From Tubulanus polymorphus (lineage: Eukaryota > Animalia > Nemertea), in the NCBI RefSeq assembly GCF_964204645.1, contig NC_134027.1, forward strand, positions 13,672,485-13,736,484: a stretch of 64,000 nt of DNA, in the 5' to 3' direction. The notes below the pieces were generated by a model. It was given only the letters and a program-made list of their open reading frames with translations. It ran no database searches and was not told the DNA's origin. A program made the translations under genes and the position numbers. Shown here one piece after another: positions 54,401 through 62,375 of the stretch. How positions within the stretch are numbered: position 1 is the first letter of the stretch; every line of letters begins with the position of its first letter.

Positions 54401-57400
54401 TTTAAGATTTAAAATTGTATTTCAAGATCGATTTCTATGAAATCTTTAGTTGATTTGGTGTTTGGGAGGAATTTTTATTTGCTCTACAGAAAATTCATCC
54501 TTGACAATTGCGCAAGATTCGCGAAAAAATAGGTTTTACCAAATCCGGTGTATGACCTTGATATGCTAATTAGCCATGTGCTCGAATTGCAAATTCAATC
54601 AAATTTTATTCTGCCAAAAAAATGTTAAATCCAATTCGCTTTCCGAGAGTTAATGGTATGCTGCATGGAACAAAGTTGTTTTGAGATGGGTCTTGAAGCT
54701 ATTGAGGTCGAGAGATAACCATCTAGATAGTTCAAGAGAGTTCCAAAGTTTTAAAGACACTTCAAGGTAATGTCTTAATATTTGGTTTATACGTGTATCT
54801 ACCCTAGACACATCTTCAGGCAAAAAACTGGCCCTGTCAGATTCAAGATGGCCGACTGGCAGCCATTGTTGTTCGCCAAAATCAGCACTTTTTACACATT
54901 TTTGAAGTTTTCGAGGGAAATTTTGAAGACACTTTTATCAATAACCTTGATCATTCGTAATCTGAGAGGGTATTTTTGACCAGGCAATTATGACGCAATT
55001 GGCGGCCATCTTGGGGTCATCAGTACTCATTCGTAGGTGGAAAAAAAGTTTTTCCACATCATATTGATACTTAAGCATATTTTGCTACCATAATCAATTG
55101 GAAAGTTGTAGCTCATGACATGTTCTATGATCGAGGTGAGTTTCAAGCTCATTGGTTTTTGTTTATGGCCACAGGGGGCGTTGAACAATACAATAACTTT
55201 GTATTTCGATATTACATTCGTACCTATGCATATTTTGCTACCACAATCAATTGGAAAGTTGTAGCTGACATGGTCTATGATCTTGGTGAGTTTCAAGCTC
55301 ATTGGTTTTTTTATATGGCCACCAAGGGCGTTGAACAATACAATAACTTAGTATTTCTATATTACATTCGTTCCTGCTGTCTGTGTTAACACACGATTGT
55401 ACCATGTAAATGATATTGAGCAGGAAGTGTATATTGATAAATATAACTCACAGATTACATCATTTATAAAAAGCAAATCTGACAGGCTGGCCATTGTGCC
55501 CCTTGAGGCTCTTGTTGGTGATGAAAATACGCGCGAAAAATGTTTCGATAAGGTGAAGATCATAGCAACGACCGAACATGGGAACATCACAATGTCTGCT
55601 CTGGTTGTACCTACCATTACAACACCTGTCAATAACAAGATCAAATCACTGCTCGTGAATCTACCGTACTTGAAGGGGCTTAAGCTAGCTCATCCCCTAT
55701 CAAACCAAGATTCATTCCAAATATCTGTTTTGATCGGGATAGACTACTACTACTGGGAAATCGTGCGGAACCACGTCGAGCAAGGAAATGGACCCACAGC
55801 TGTTGCGTCTAAACTCGGCTATCTAAAATATCATCAAAGCTCATCTTGGATAACATCAATCGGGCGTAGCACATGATCCCAAGATAAGATATACGTCGAC
55901 AATGTAAGAACATCTGAACAAATTCAAAGAAGTGACCGAATATTATGCCCAGGTGAATGACGTCATGAAATCTGTCAGTTGTAAGTTATGGGAATGGACC
56001 AGTAATTGTGTTGAAATTTGGCACCGAGCCGAACGCGGGGGTATCCTGAACTCGAAATCGGTCGTCGATATTCTTGGCCTAATTTGGAACGTAATATCTT
56101 ACAAGTTAGGTTACAAGAAAAACACCACGTTAACTTCCGAGCCGATTCTGTTCAGCAAACGAGAAGTTGTCAGAAAGGTTGCCACTCTCTACAATCCGTT
56201 TGGCTACTTAGCACCAGTACACATTAAATGAAAGATTCCTATCCTATTTCTAAGAATTTTGGAAGAATAACTTAGACTGGGACGATCAACTTGACGCTGA
56301 TCTCTCAGAAAAGTGGCGTATTCTGTATTCGGACTTGTTGTGCGTTAGGGATATCAAAGTAGATAGAAAATTCTTCATGAACCGTTCTGTTGATGGCACC
56401 GAGCCATACGAGTTACACTGTTTTGCGGACGCCAGTCCCCGATCCTATGGCGCCTTCGTATACTTGAAACGTGTGCAGAAACCAGCATCGTAATGGCGAA
56501 AAGCATAGTCGCCCCGGTCAAGGAGCTTTCCCTGCCATGCTTCGAGCTCATGGCGGCCCTGCTGGGCTCCCGATTATCAAAATTTGTTTGCGAATCACTC
56601 GACAAAGTTACCAAGATAAGCAATTGTGTTTTGTGGAGCGATAGTGAAATCGTTCTAAATTGGCTAAGGTCTGAAAAGAGATTGCCGTGTTTCGTCAAGA
56701 ACCGACTTCAGGAAATTTGTCTGTTCAAATTCGAATCACATTGCTACTGTCCCACCGGGAACAACCCTGCGGATTTGTTAACCCAGGGAATCGAAACTGA
56801 TCAGTTACCTGGTTCTACGTTATGGTGGAATGGTCCACTATGGCTTTAACATGGAGACTGGCCTATCTTTCAATTGGAAACAACTAACGTATGCGCGACA
56901 ATAGATACCGAAAGTGAGGCCGAATTACAAACCGAAAGTGCGAATAAAGTAACAGCGGAAACAGTCGGGATTAGTCAGATCATTGATATACCGCATTTCA
57001 GTTCACTAACCCAACTATTACGTCACACTGCGCTTGTTATGCGATTCATATCAAAGGTAAAAAATGTGGAGAAGCAGAAACTCGACGAATTTTCCGCTGA
57101 CGAAATTAAAACCGCTGAAAACCTTTGGATACACAAAATTCAACGTGTCTGTCATCTTCTTAATACCTGATTACAAAGTGTGCATAGCCACATTTTGGTG
57201 CCGTGACGATTTAAACCCTCTTATATGTAACCCACTATCCATGCATGCCACTCTTACACTACTTCTGTACTGAACTTAAGGACCTCCGATAAACGTTAGT
57301 TTCTATATGGTCCAGAACATCAAGGTAAACTTCACCATCTGGTTGAAATCTAGAGAAATTGTCAGGTATCACTTATACTTGGATTAACCCTTTAAGTACA

Positions 57401-57623
57401 GGGTCAAAATACGAAAGTTTGTCTTAACGAAATTTAGCCATTGGCCCTAGTTATAACTTATCCAAAATGCAATGGAAACACATGGTTATTTCAGAGTTCT
57501 AGCCAGAGCCTGATAACTGTTGTCGCCTATGGCTTGTGTTTTTGTTTTCTAAGCATACAATGACACCTCCAGAGCCTATCTCGGAAGTAGGAGTAACCCA
57601 GTATTAGTCACTCTTGTGATTTC

Positions 57624-57666
<43 letters not shown>

Positions 57667-60600
57667 GATGTCGATATTACATCAGTTACAGGAAAAAGGT
57701 ACCTTTATCTAAGTGCCCTTGACATCTGAATAGGTCTTAAAATTCACTTACCTCTGTTGGTAGTGGCATATTTTCAAATATCGTTGTCGAATCTATAGTT
57801 GAAATATATTTCTTTTCATGTGAAGAGACCATCTATTTGTTTTTAGGCCAGCCGTATCCTGAGCCAATTACTAAACACATGGAGCGAATTCAAATAACAT
57901 GGTTCCCTGAGCGAAGGCTCTTCAACTGTGCAACTGAGCATATATTTATACAAATCATTCATTAAAGCATTATCCATTCTCCAAACCCTATGAAGCTGAG
58001 TTTTGAAAAAGGGCCTCGTTAAAATTAATACGAGCTTTTTAGCTAAAATCTGAACGCAAAGATATCTGTTTTAAAAAGGCTTTTGGCTTTATAAAGGGTG
58101 TATGATGTCATCACTAAGCAATTGTTCAAGTAGCCTGCATACACATAGAGTTAAGCTCACTGGATGGTAAATTTGTGCCTCATGTACATCTTGCTTTTTG
58201 AATAGAGGGGTAATGCGCCCAATTTTCCATTTGACTGGCAGTGAAGCTTTAGGTAGCGATTTTATGAATAGTATTTGTAGGGGTTTTGCAGTTCACTGTG
58301 CATTTCATGTAGCAATCTTGGGTGTAAGTTATCAGGACCAGCCGACTTATTTACCTTAATTAAGTTATTTCGATGAGTGTTTCATCAACAATTTGGATAT
58401 TCAAGAGAACTGTTATGATTTTCAGGTCATTATAGAAATTTAGTTCTCTTTATACTTACTCTATATTGGGGCTAAACTAAGGCAGTGACATTGATATCAA
58501 GACACAAGCCTTGTAACTTCAATAGCATCGGGCAACCCTGTGGGGTAAATATTCATAGCCGCAGCATCAGTTCTGTAACCAATCGTTTTTCAGCAGCTAG
58601 TTTTGTATTTAATGGTGCTGGTGTATGATGACAGCATGACCGAATATTTTTTAATCTCTCCAATAGTTTCACCACAACACAAATTATGGTTGGTTTCCAT
58701 AGACAAGTGGCTGTCCAATATCAATTAGTCGACAAAAACCCACAATAAAAAAGAAAAACTATCTGATAGTTTGACGTTTCGTCTCAAATCTATGAGCCAT
58801 TTTCAAAAACTGATTTATTCGACGGTTATAACAATACAAAATATAGCAACAAGGTAACTAAGTGATCCCTATAGCTGTTAGTATATAGTGACTCTAGGAG
58901 TTTATTTTGGGGATTTCACAGTCAATTCCAATTTAGGTTTCTCCCCCCAAAATAAACTCCTTAGTCACTATATACTAACAGCTATAGGGATCACTTAGTT
59001 ACCTTGTTGCTATATTTTGTATTGTTAGAACTGTACAATAAATCAGTTTTTGAAAATGGCTCATAGATTTGAGTCGAAACGTCAAACTATCAGATAGTTT
59101 TTGATGGGTTTCGTCGTTAGACGAACCCATCTATGGCATCGTCGTCATGTCTGTCTGTCCGTCTGTGGATGTTTCTTTATGACACGATTTAAGCTGTTTG
59201 TGTGGACCGACAATTCTGTAATTTCACACAGGTATTCTCTACTTGATGTAGATGGTGCAGCTTGGTTTATATTTGATTCCGATGGTTATAAGTGCTCTAA
59301 TTTGGTTAAAAGATAATTAACGTTACTCGCTAGTTCAAGCCGCTGTATAGTGCGTTGCTACGACGACGCTCGATCAACATACTGGTACTCGCTGTGTAAT
59401 ACTGAACACGTATATACCTGTAGATATTGATCATACTAGCACCGGTTTTAGATAGCGCGCGCGCTGATCGGTCTTAACACTTCTCGGAACTGCTGTGCTA
59501 AATGCTGAGAGGCCGAATCTATGCGCAATCATTTATTGGGCTCGTCACATTTGATAGTGAATGGATAAATAACCGGTGTCAATGACGGTCGCTACTCCCC
59601 ATCAGTATAACTCATCAGTATAAAAAATAATTCTTTTGAGTTTTTTTTTTCAATCCACGAAGTTGTTGTTACTATGTTGACCTCGCCGTTTTATAAGCTT
59701 ACCGATGATTCTTCTAGTATTTTCAGGGTCACAAGACATGACGAAGTCGCAAAGTTTTGTACAAATTTCACGAAACAAACAATTATTTAGGCGGCACCTG
59801 ATCTATTGATTAATTATGATAAATAATGTTTATTTCATTAAAAATTTGTTTTATTCAAACACTACTTTCATCGCACATAGCGTGATCAGTAGGCCCTACT
59901 ATTCTACGGTAGGCCATGGACTCTTTCATGTGGTAGACCTATTACAAATGATACAATCCGCGCGTCCGTGAATAAGTGACACGTGGTGGGGCGGGTTGTG
60001 AGGAGCATCGAAACTAATCCGTCACAAATAATAGATAGAAAACAATACCTTAAGAGGTTAACTTTTATTAACATCATTACCAAATCAAAACCTGCACATC
60101 CTATCATAAATAGAAATTCTAAGAATTTATTTCAAAGAATAATAAATTACGTCTAAATATTGGGATTCGAACTCGTAGCATCGATTCAGGTGTCTTTCCC
60201 AAAGCGGGTATCCCGCGGGGAAAACCCATTACTATTTATATCGAGAATCGCCTTTTTGACAGCGAGTTCGGTGAATGAAACAGAAACAATTACACAGAAA
60301 TCCATCATGGAAAGTTTCTTTCTGGTTCTTTTTTATTGTGGGTTTTTGTCGACAAATTATGGTCCCCAAATCAATCCAGGGTAATGTTTATCCCTTTATG
60401 AAAAATGCTGAGCAGTTCATATATTTTTGGCTCGCGTTCGTCGTATGCTTAATCATTCGTATGCTTAATACACTACGCTCAAAGCTATTTTTAGCACACT
60501 CAAATGCAATTTCAGTAGCCTGTAATTTCACTACTACTGGGCGAAATTAACGTATTAAGCAAAAATATATTTCGTAATTGGTTTTTCTTTTTGGTGCGCA

Positions 60601-61314
60601 AAGTTGAAAGCCGTGGGTTTCATATTTTTTTTAGAAATCAACCAAAAAGTTTCAAAAATTGGATTTATTTGAGCACATTTTTTTATGCTGCATCTTTGAC
60701 TGTCCAAAATCACACATAAGAAGAATTTCACATCGCCAAAATCCGATGCTTTTTTCAGTAGTTTTGGCCTTTCAAAGACTAAAGCCCTTAAAATCTTCGT
60801 TGTATAGAATTTGTGTTGACCCGGTGTTGATCATGACATCATAACATTGATCGAGGTGGATCAGCTTGTGCACGTTATTTCACAAACAAAATGCCCATAG
60901 GCCTAATCATTTTTTCGAAGATTTCATTCTCGTTAAAAGTCAGTTATCATTAAAAGTTCACACTGACCAAATTTGAGTCCTTATATATTTTTTTCTTGTT
61001 TAATTTTCGATGGAATGAATTTTTGCATACCGGTAGCCTACGTGTCAGATTTTTTACTTTACACCAGTTTGGCGAGCCCTGGACCATGGGTCCTTTATTA
61101 TCTTCCAGTGTAACATGAAATTTTCAATGGAAGTACATTATAGTATATCAGTGTCAATGCAATATGTGTGTTTTAATTGCTTTACCCCTCTCTTCTGGTC
61201 CTTTAGGTTCGATATGAATTGTTACGCTGCATGAACAGATGTCGGGGCATTGAAAAAGATGATGACGAGTCTTTAGGAAACACTTACACAACTAATGTTT
61301 CGGTAACCAAACCC
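179..61314 (+). CDS. CELSR: CELSR/Flamingo cadherin EGF LAG seven-pass adhesion GPCR, partial, 15 exons; gene extends beyond both ends of this span
   Basis: Exons 179-444, 5256-5439, 9525-9626, 11027-11121, 12219-12428, 12591-12774, 20735-20872, 26498-26603, 31301-31465, 35566-35695, 35948-36154, 39419-39706, 47599-47675, 48504-48672, 61207-61314. All have AG/GT ends and compatible phases, giving an open frame. Domain order EGF, LamEGF, HRM, GAIN/GPS, 7TM is that of CELSR. Confidence 0.95.
2877..2968 (+). other. tRNA-derived (pseudo-tRNA or SINE-head-like) segment inside HINE A; second copy at about 22173-22252
   Basis: A box ggtagctcagtgag, B box gggttcgagtcc, acceptor-like pairing gcggcc/ggctgc; central arm irregular. 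Confidence 0.55.
3468..3687. mobile_element. PIF/Harbinger-type MITE, 220 bp
   Basis: TIR ggccaaaaaaaattgataccttgtttctccgc / gcggagaaacaaggtatcatttttgtttagcc, TAA TSD. Confidence 0.75.
3885..4168 (+). repeat. Tandem duplication, 2 x about 142 bp
   Basis: tttacc(c)tttaaagagagaa...gaaatatgtttacaaatgact repeated twice. Confidence 0.8.
4729..5144. mobile_element. piggyBac-like MITE, degraded
   Basis: TTAA flanks; TIR ttcattgcctgcc / ggcaggcaaagag. Confidence 0.55.
5256..5439 (+). CDS. CELSR: CELSR exon: laminin-type EGF ([48 protein letters not shown]...GCQ)
   Basis: tttttgtgacag acceptor, caaa|gtaagt donor; this frame is absent from the ORF track. Confidence 0.93.
5556..6221 (+). mobile_element. 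Two tandem 5' portions of HINE family B (starts about 5556 and 5996)
   Basis: ttttt-agcccact(c/t)gggac-ttaa-gtcccagcgggct hairpin followed by a (gtcc/gtct) microsatellite, as in DINE-1; same family at 28227, 54745 and 63060-63872 (-). Confidence 0.75.
6221..7501 (+). mobile_element. HINE family D, 5'-truncated copy
   Basis: Near-identical to 49897-51238 (duplicated ORFs 6584-6784 and 50324-50524); 3' subTIR gaacgtcct then aaagtttctttctagtt. Confidence 0.8.
8078..9030 (+). mobile_element. HINE family C, 5' portion, interrupted by the 8323-8983 element
   Basis: ttttt-ggccagccgtaggctgag start shared with 37420, 53347 and 57842. Confidence 0.7.
8323..8983. mobile_element. Non-autonomous DNA transposon with CAGAGTTGCCACTT TIR and 6-bp TSD, copy 1
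   Basis: TSD caatta/caatta; empty site visible in a host paralog near 14780; copy 2 at 23243-23724. Confidence 0.85.
9525..9626 (+). CDS. CELSR: CELSR exon: HRM domain start (IYTMCPRNWIDGILWPRTNFSSVATKSCPRTSIG)
   Basis: tctttcaag acceptor, ttg|gtaagg donor; CP..W..G.xWPRT.F motif. Confidence 0.92.
11027..11121 (+). CDS. CELSR: CELSR exon: HRM domain end (GRVTRRCSAKNGWYMPDMFNCLS)
   Basis: tctctccacag acceptor, gag|gtaagt donor; GWxxPDxFNC motif. Confidence 0.92.
11370..11748 (+). mobile_element. HINE family C, 3' portion
   Basis: acaggctggccatagtgccccttggggctcttgtt terminus (subTIR plus hairpin). Confidence 0.7.
12219..12428 (+). CDS. CELSR: CELSR exon: GAIN subdomain A (LYGSDIDVSYRLL...SGLELTHTQN)
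   Basis: actacag acceptor, gag|gtaagt donor; phase 0-0. Confidence 0.92.
12591..12774 (+). CDS. CELSR: CELSR exon: GAIN (NLLHAMNYIF...KLAMNMAPTHFPAFDIVVSRI)
   Basis: ttcatttcag acceptor, tag|gtactt donor. Confidence 0.9.
12823..14196. mobile_element. Kolobok-like non-autonomous element
   Basis: TTAA TSD, AG..CT ends, TIR agggtaactgacacttttttt / aaaaaaagtgtcagttac..accct (short insertion in the right TIR). Confidence 0.7.
14530..14921 (+). mobile_element. HINE family C, internally deleted copy
   Basis: tatacaaatggagcgaattt... body, and acaggctggcccccttggggctctggtt end. Confidence 0.65.
15425..16480 (+). repeat. Interspersed repeat shared with 34530-35120 (host of the 15743 insertion)
   Basis: acgggagtgctaaacattagact...gaagtca aligns along its length. 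Confidence 0.75.
15743..16196. mobile_element. MITE with CAGGCGCGGATCCAG TIR and 5-bp TSD (hAT5-like)
   Basis: TSD attgg/attgg; empty site catacattggaagagg at about 34841. Confidence 0.85.
17307..17931. mobile_element. Tc1/mariner-superfamily (pogo/Tc2-like) MITE
   Basis: TA TSD, perfect TIR ccgtattttccggccaataagccga, subterminal tcggcttattgg repeats. Confidence 0.85.
20735..20872 (+). CDS. CELSR: CELSR exon: GAIN (VLGVDMI...IRIPKYDN...)
   Basis: tctatttcag acceptor, atg|gtgagt donor; phase 1-1. Confidence 0.88.
23243..23724. mobile_element. CAGAGTTGCCACTT-TIR element, copy 2, internally deleted
   Basis: TSD gggatt/gggatt; near-identical to 8323-8983. Confidence 0.85.
23868..24639 (+). mobile_element. 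Harbinger deletion derivative with a MADF/Myb remnant
   Basis: TTA TSD; ~45-bp TIR aggctggcttatgtcgacaagcaacgc..; repeated cgacataagc; 24250-24390 reads WTEDLETKLVELWCERPSLY..Y..K..LKEIA with a frameshift. Confidence 0.8.
25464..26110 (+). mobile_element. HINE family F with about four ~145-bp internal tandem repeats
   Basis: subTIRs agctctgctgt/acagcagagct, 3' hairpin gagc..gctc; unit ctacaattataatccgat..aaacttggtatatag..gccgttttcc. Confidence 0.65.
26498..26603 (+). CDS. CELSR: CELSR exon: GAIN (NVAVGYVLYKTLGEILPKSY)
   Basis: ctctttgtacag acceptor, tag|gtatgt donor; YxTLGxxLP motif; not in the ORF track. Confidence 0.9.
28360..28850 (+). mobile_element. Penelope-like retroelement 3' fragment (GIY-YIG C-terminal part plus 3' UTR)
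   Basis: RHLATRVKEH...SAIKEHL..C..C...IKEALYIKSKKPSINKQ. Confidence 0.8.
28870..29686. mobile_element. AAGTCTATCCCAGTGG-TIR element, copy 2
   Basis: Inserted in host ccc-TA-gaca with TA duplicated; TIR agtctatcccagtgga/tccactgggatagact. Confidence 0.75.
31301..31465 (+). CDS. CELSR: CELSR exon: GAIN to GPS start (MAVNAPVFTI...NRSTPQCVFWNY)
   Basis: ttttgtag acceptor, cag|gttagt donor; PQCVFWN motif. Confidence 0.92.
31678..32334 (-). mobile_element. Probable 3' LTR of a BEL/Pao retrotransposon; contains (GAGT)n(GAGC)n at 31803-31850
   Basis: On the minus strand it follows the integrase end and PPT-like ccgggag, runs TGT...AACA and has AATAAA. Confidence 0.55.
32345..34170 (-). pseudogene. 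BEL/Pao pol remnant (RNase H end and integrase), frameshifted
   Basis: NPADDCTRG, RWFNGPEFL, PFQHCGVDYFGP, CLFTCLVTRAIHLE, PHFGGAWERLV, EAVVNSRPLT, PLTPNHFL, REYLP. Confidence 0.9.
34171..34530 (-). mobile_element. L2/CR1-group LINE 3' end with (TTA)n tail
   Basis: SLRS...SYGSRSFKCISPILWNKLPISLR...FKRNLKTYFF; (taa)n at 34173-34194. Confidence 0.8.
35317..35520. repeat. Foldback (imperfect inverted repeat, ~85-bp arms)
   Basis: atcccacaataaatgaat...gggtggttgctaccacccttct versus agaaggatggtagtaaccaccc...attcatttattgtgggat. Confidence 0.75.
35566..35695 (+). CDS. CELSR: CELSR exon: GPS motif (GSWSGSGC...VTCQCNHFSTFSILMDIS)
   Basis: tttaaag acceptor, ggg|gtgagt donor; W-S-x-x-G-C...CxCxH-F-S-T-F; not in the ORF track. 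Confidence 0.92.
35948..36154 (+). CDS. CELSR: CELSR exon: TM1-TM2 (EIITYIALSVS...IHVNL...IFIAELIFLLGIN)
   Basis: polyT-cag acceptor, gtg|gtaagt donor; secretin-class IHxNL motif. Confidence 0.93.
36490..37097 (-). mobile_element. piggyBac-like deletion derivative with an acidic transposase N-terminus remnant
   Basis: TIR cctttggaacc/ggttccaaaggg; minus ATG at 36808 gives MPRKFLTDEEILELIADEGSEDEDVGYGPDSDDDYIESD. Confidence 0.55.
37420..38089 (+). mobile_element. HINE family C, short copy with both ends
   Basis: tttttaggccagccgtaggctgagcct ... ctggccatagtgccccttggggctcttgtt. Confidence 0.8.
38140..39382 (+). mobile_element. HINE B tandem units followed by a HINE C 3' end just upstream of the TM3 exon
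   Basis: accacaatcaattgcaaagttgtagctc units; gccccttggggctcttgt end. Confidence 0.6.
39419..39706 (+). CDS. CELSR: CELSR exon: TM3-TM5 ([30 protein letters not shown]...FCWLS...WSFIGP)
   Basis: ctctttacag acceptor, gtt|gtaagt donor; classic 7tm_2 motifs. Confidence 0.96.
41114..42416 (+). pseudogene. THAP + HTH + DDE_Tnp_4 (Harbinger/ISL2EU-type) transposase, frameshifted
   Basis: MGKKDYC..C..FHKLP..W..CSNHF..PTP (THAP); LRLGLTISDLAFRF (HTH); IIDCTE, YSDYKHHTT, ADRG, RIFIE (D-D-E). Confidence 0.9.
42660..42853. repeat. Subterminal repeats (tgttcactaNNgagg) and terminus gaggttttactg-TA of a Tc1/mariner-like MITE fragment
   Basis: About six short direct repeats; only one terminus recognisable. 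Confidence 0.5.
43254..43540. mobile_element. piggyBac-like MITE, 287 bp
   Basis: TTAA TSD; TIR ccctttcagtgc/gcactgaaaggg. Confidence 0.85.
43545..45325 (+). mobile_element. Penelope-like retroelement, 5'-truncated and frameshifted (RT, GIY-YIG, pLTR)
   Basis: MDVTALYTSIPH, GTAMGT, RFIDDVF, YRKPTD, CxxC; IRETGQTLRQRLNSH, PIGEHFN..H, GLNRD. Confidence 0.92.
45215..45255 (+). ncRNA. Minimal type I hammerhead ribozyme motif in the Penelope pLTR
   Basis: cac-CTGATGA-A-GCTT..AAGC-GAAA-GC-TC-gtg; TATA box ctataaata about 30 nt upstream. Confidence 0.65.
47599..47675 (+). CDS. CELSR: CELSR exon: TM5 end and ICL3 (INIGVFFMAVKASCNVKSPEDLHLLR)
   Basis: ttttctttcgttag acceptor, aag|gtattt donor; phase 0-2 bridges the neighbouring exons exactly. 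Confidence 0.88.
48504..48672 (+). CDS. CELSR: CELSR exon: TM6-TM7 (LLPLLGIAWVFGIMSVN...FHYLFAVFCFLQGLF)
   Basis: ttcttttccag acceptor, aga|gtgagt donor. Confidence 0.95.
48930..49520 (-). mobile_element. L2-type LINE 3' fragment; an upstream RT piece lies at about 51570-51810
   Basis: HALVTFRLDYCNSLL..LQRVQNMAAR..HITPVL..HWLP; PQGSML..F..YIKPLGDLI..H.Y. Confidence 0.85.
49657..51238 (+). mobile_element. HINE family D, full length (~1.58 kb)
   Basis: ttttt-aggacgttcgt-tag-acgaacgtcct hairpin; 3' acgaacgtcct then aaagtttctttctagtt. Confidence 0.82.
52575..57160 (+). pseudogene. BEL/Pao gag-pol remnant (DUF1759-type gag, aspartic protease, RT end, RNase H), split by a HINE
   Basis: LPKLQLPKF..W..FFDAFKSAVH...QKFQYL; DEGSTRSFIT; LIGIDYYYW; LYNPFGYLAP; FADAS; ELMAALLG; WSDS; NPADLLTQG, WWNGPLWL. 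Confidence 0.9.
53347..55516 (+). mobile_element. HINE family C composite (contains family B sequence at 54745-55370), inserted in a T-run of the BEL protease
   Basis: The BEL reading frame EPINLSVF|GDENTREK is restored when the element is removed; both family C termini are present. Confidence 0.85.
57624..57665. repeat. (TCA)n microsatellite, about 14 units
   Basis: tcatcatca... Confidence 0.9.
57842..58090 (+). mobile_element. HINE family C, 5' fragment
   Basis: ttttaggccagccgtatcctgagcc start. Confidence 0.65.
58768..58811 (-). ncRNA. Hammerhead ribozyme motif, U3-A8 variant, left arm
   Basis: Minus strand agttt-TTGAAAA-T-GGCTC..GAGAC-GAAA-C-GTC-aaact (one stem II mismatch). Confidence 0.5.
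59045..59088 (+). ncRNA. Hammerhead ribozyme motif, U3-A8 variant, right arm
   Basis: agttt-TTGAAAA-T-GGCTCA..TGAGTC-GAAA-C-GTC-aaact: 5-bp stem I, intact stem II, palindromic ACGT stem III, GUC site. Confidence 0.6.
59099..60327 (+). mobile_element. HINE family E
   Basis: T-run, gatgggtttcgtc-gtta-gacgaacccatc hairpin, gtctgtctgtccgtctgt; 3' aaatccatca plus gaaag-ttt-ctttc; inserted in TT. Confidence 0.75.
61207..61314 (+). CDS. CELSR: CELSR exon: helix 8 and cytoplasmic tail start (VRYELLRCMNRCRGIEKDDDESLG...)
   Basis: long pyrimidine tract with ctttag acceptor, ccc|gtaagt donor; continues NPR-VR after TM7. Confidence 0.85.
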
Positions 61315-61713
61315 GTAAGTATTAAAAGATTTATAGATCCAGAGCAGGTTTATATACGTTTTTACTTTTATCTTAAGTTTAGGAAGATTTAAGTGAATCG
61401 ATGACATTGTTTTTAATGTCACCTCTAAAAACTTGTTATTGGGAGAAGATTTGTCAAACGAATAAGTGAAAGGCTGAATCCAAGAACATGTCTATCGCAC
61501 TTTTGAGCCCGAACGTCTACTTTTACTTAGTAGCCACTTGAGAACAATAAGCAATTAACGATATCAGCTACTTTTCCAGTAGTATACATTTCAAAACAGT
61601 CACTTTGGAATAGTATTCCTTTCAATTCTGTTGGTTTTCTATAGTGGCTGTTTCGAAGAGTCTACTATTGAAAAGTGACCATTTTGAAACATCTGGTACA
61701 TTTCATGATTTTA

Positions 61714-62223
61714 ACATATATCCGGCTTATAAGTCGAGTCCCTTCTCTTAGAAGAATAATTACTAGTATCATTGTATTGAATAGTTTGTTTTGATAACGA
61801 TGTGTGCCTTCACGCACGCCGCCACACGTCAGCCTGATTGCTGCAGTGTGTTAATCAATAGACTGTTACACACACTCAGGTATAATACACTACCATACAG
61901 TGATACAGTAGTGTGAGTCACACGCTATATATAGCCTAGTGTATTAAGCGCTGCTATGAGTGCGCATATATGAATACATCGTTTTAAATGAAGCTGTGTC
62001 AAAATGAAAGAAGTTTTTTTCATTAAATAACTTAATTTATCATGAATAATTATTCAAACTGTTATAGCAGTAAGAAGATGAACACTGTCTTTTTTGTCTG
62101 GTAGAATCAATATTTCTTGTGACCTGAAAATACTTCGTAGAAAACTCGGCGTATAAGTCGAGGTCAATAATTTAGTGGTAAAATCAAGGGTTAAAAACTC
62201 GACTTATATGCCGGTTTTTACGG
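61714..62223. mobile_element. Tc1/mariner-superfamily (pogo/Tc2-like) MITE, degraded
   Basis: TA flanks; ccggcttataagtcga / tcgacttatatgccggtttttacgg. Confidence 0.65.
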
Positions 62224-62375
62224 TAGATTATTTAAAAATCGTTTGTATCGAAATAAACAATTAATTCAAGGTTAATTCTAAGTATTTTAGATACATTGTT
62301 TTCGTAATTCATTTTTTGAACATATGATTTTATTTGTATATTCCACTCTCATATACCCTTACCCTTATGAAAATG

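Larger units (their letters stand above)
58723..60358. mobile_element. Foldback of two inverted Penelope-type pLTR-like arms (58723-58903; 58925-59100 plus 60328-60358), right arm split by HINE E
   Basis: ~180-bp near-perfect inverted arms, each with a hammerhead motif; the arm resumes at cttttttattgtgggtttttgtcgac. Confidence 0.75.
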
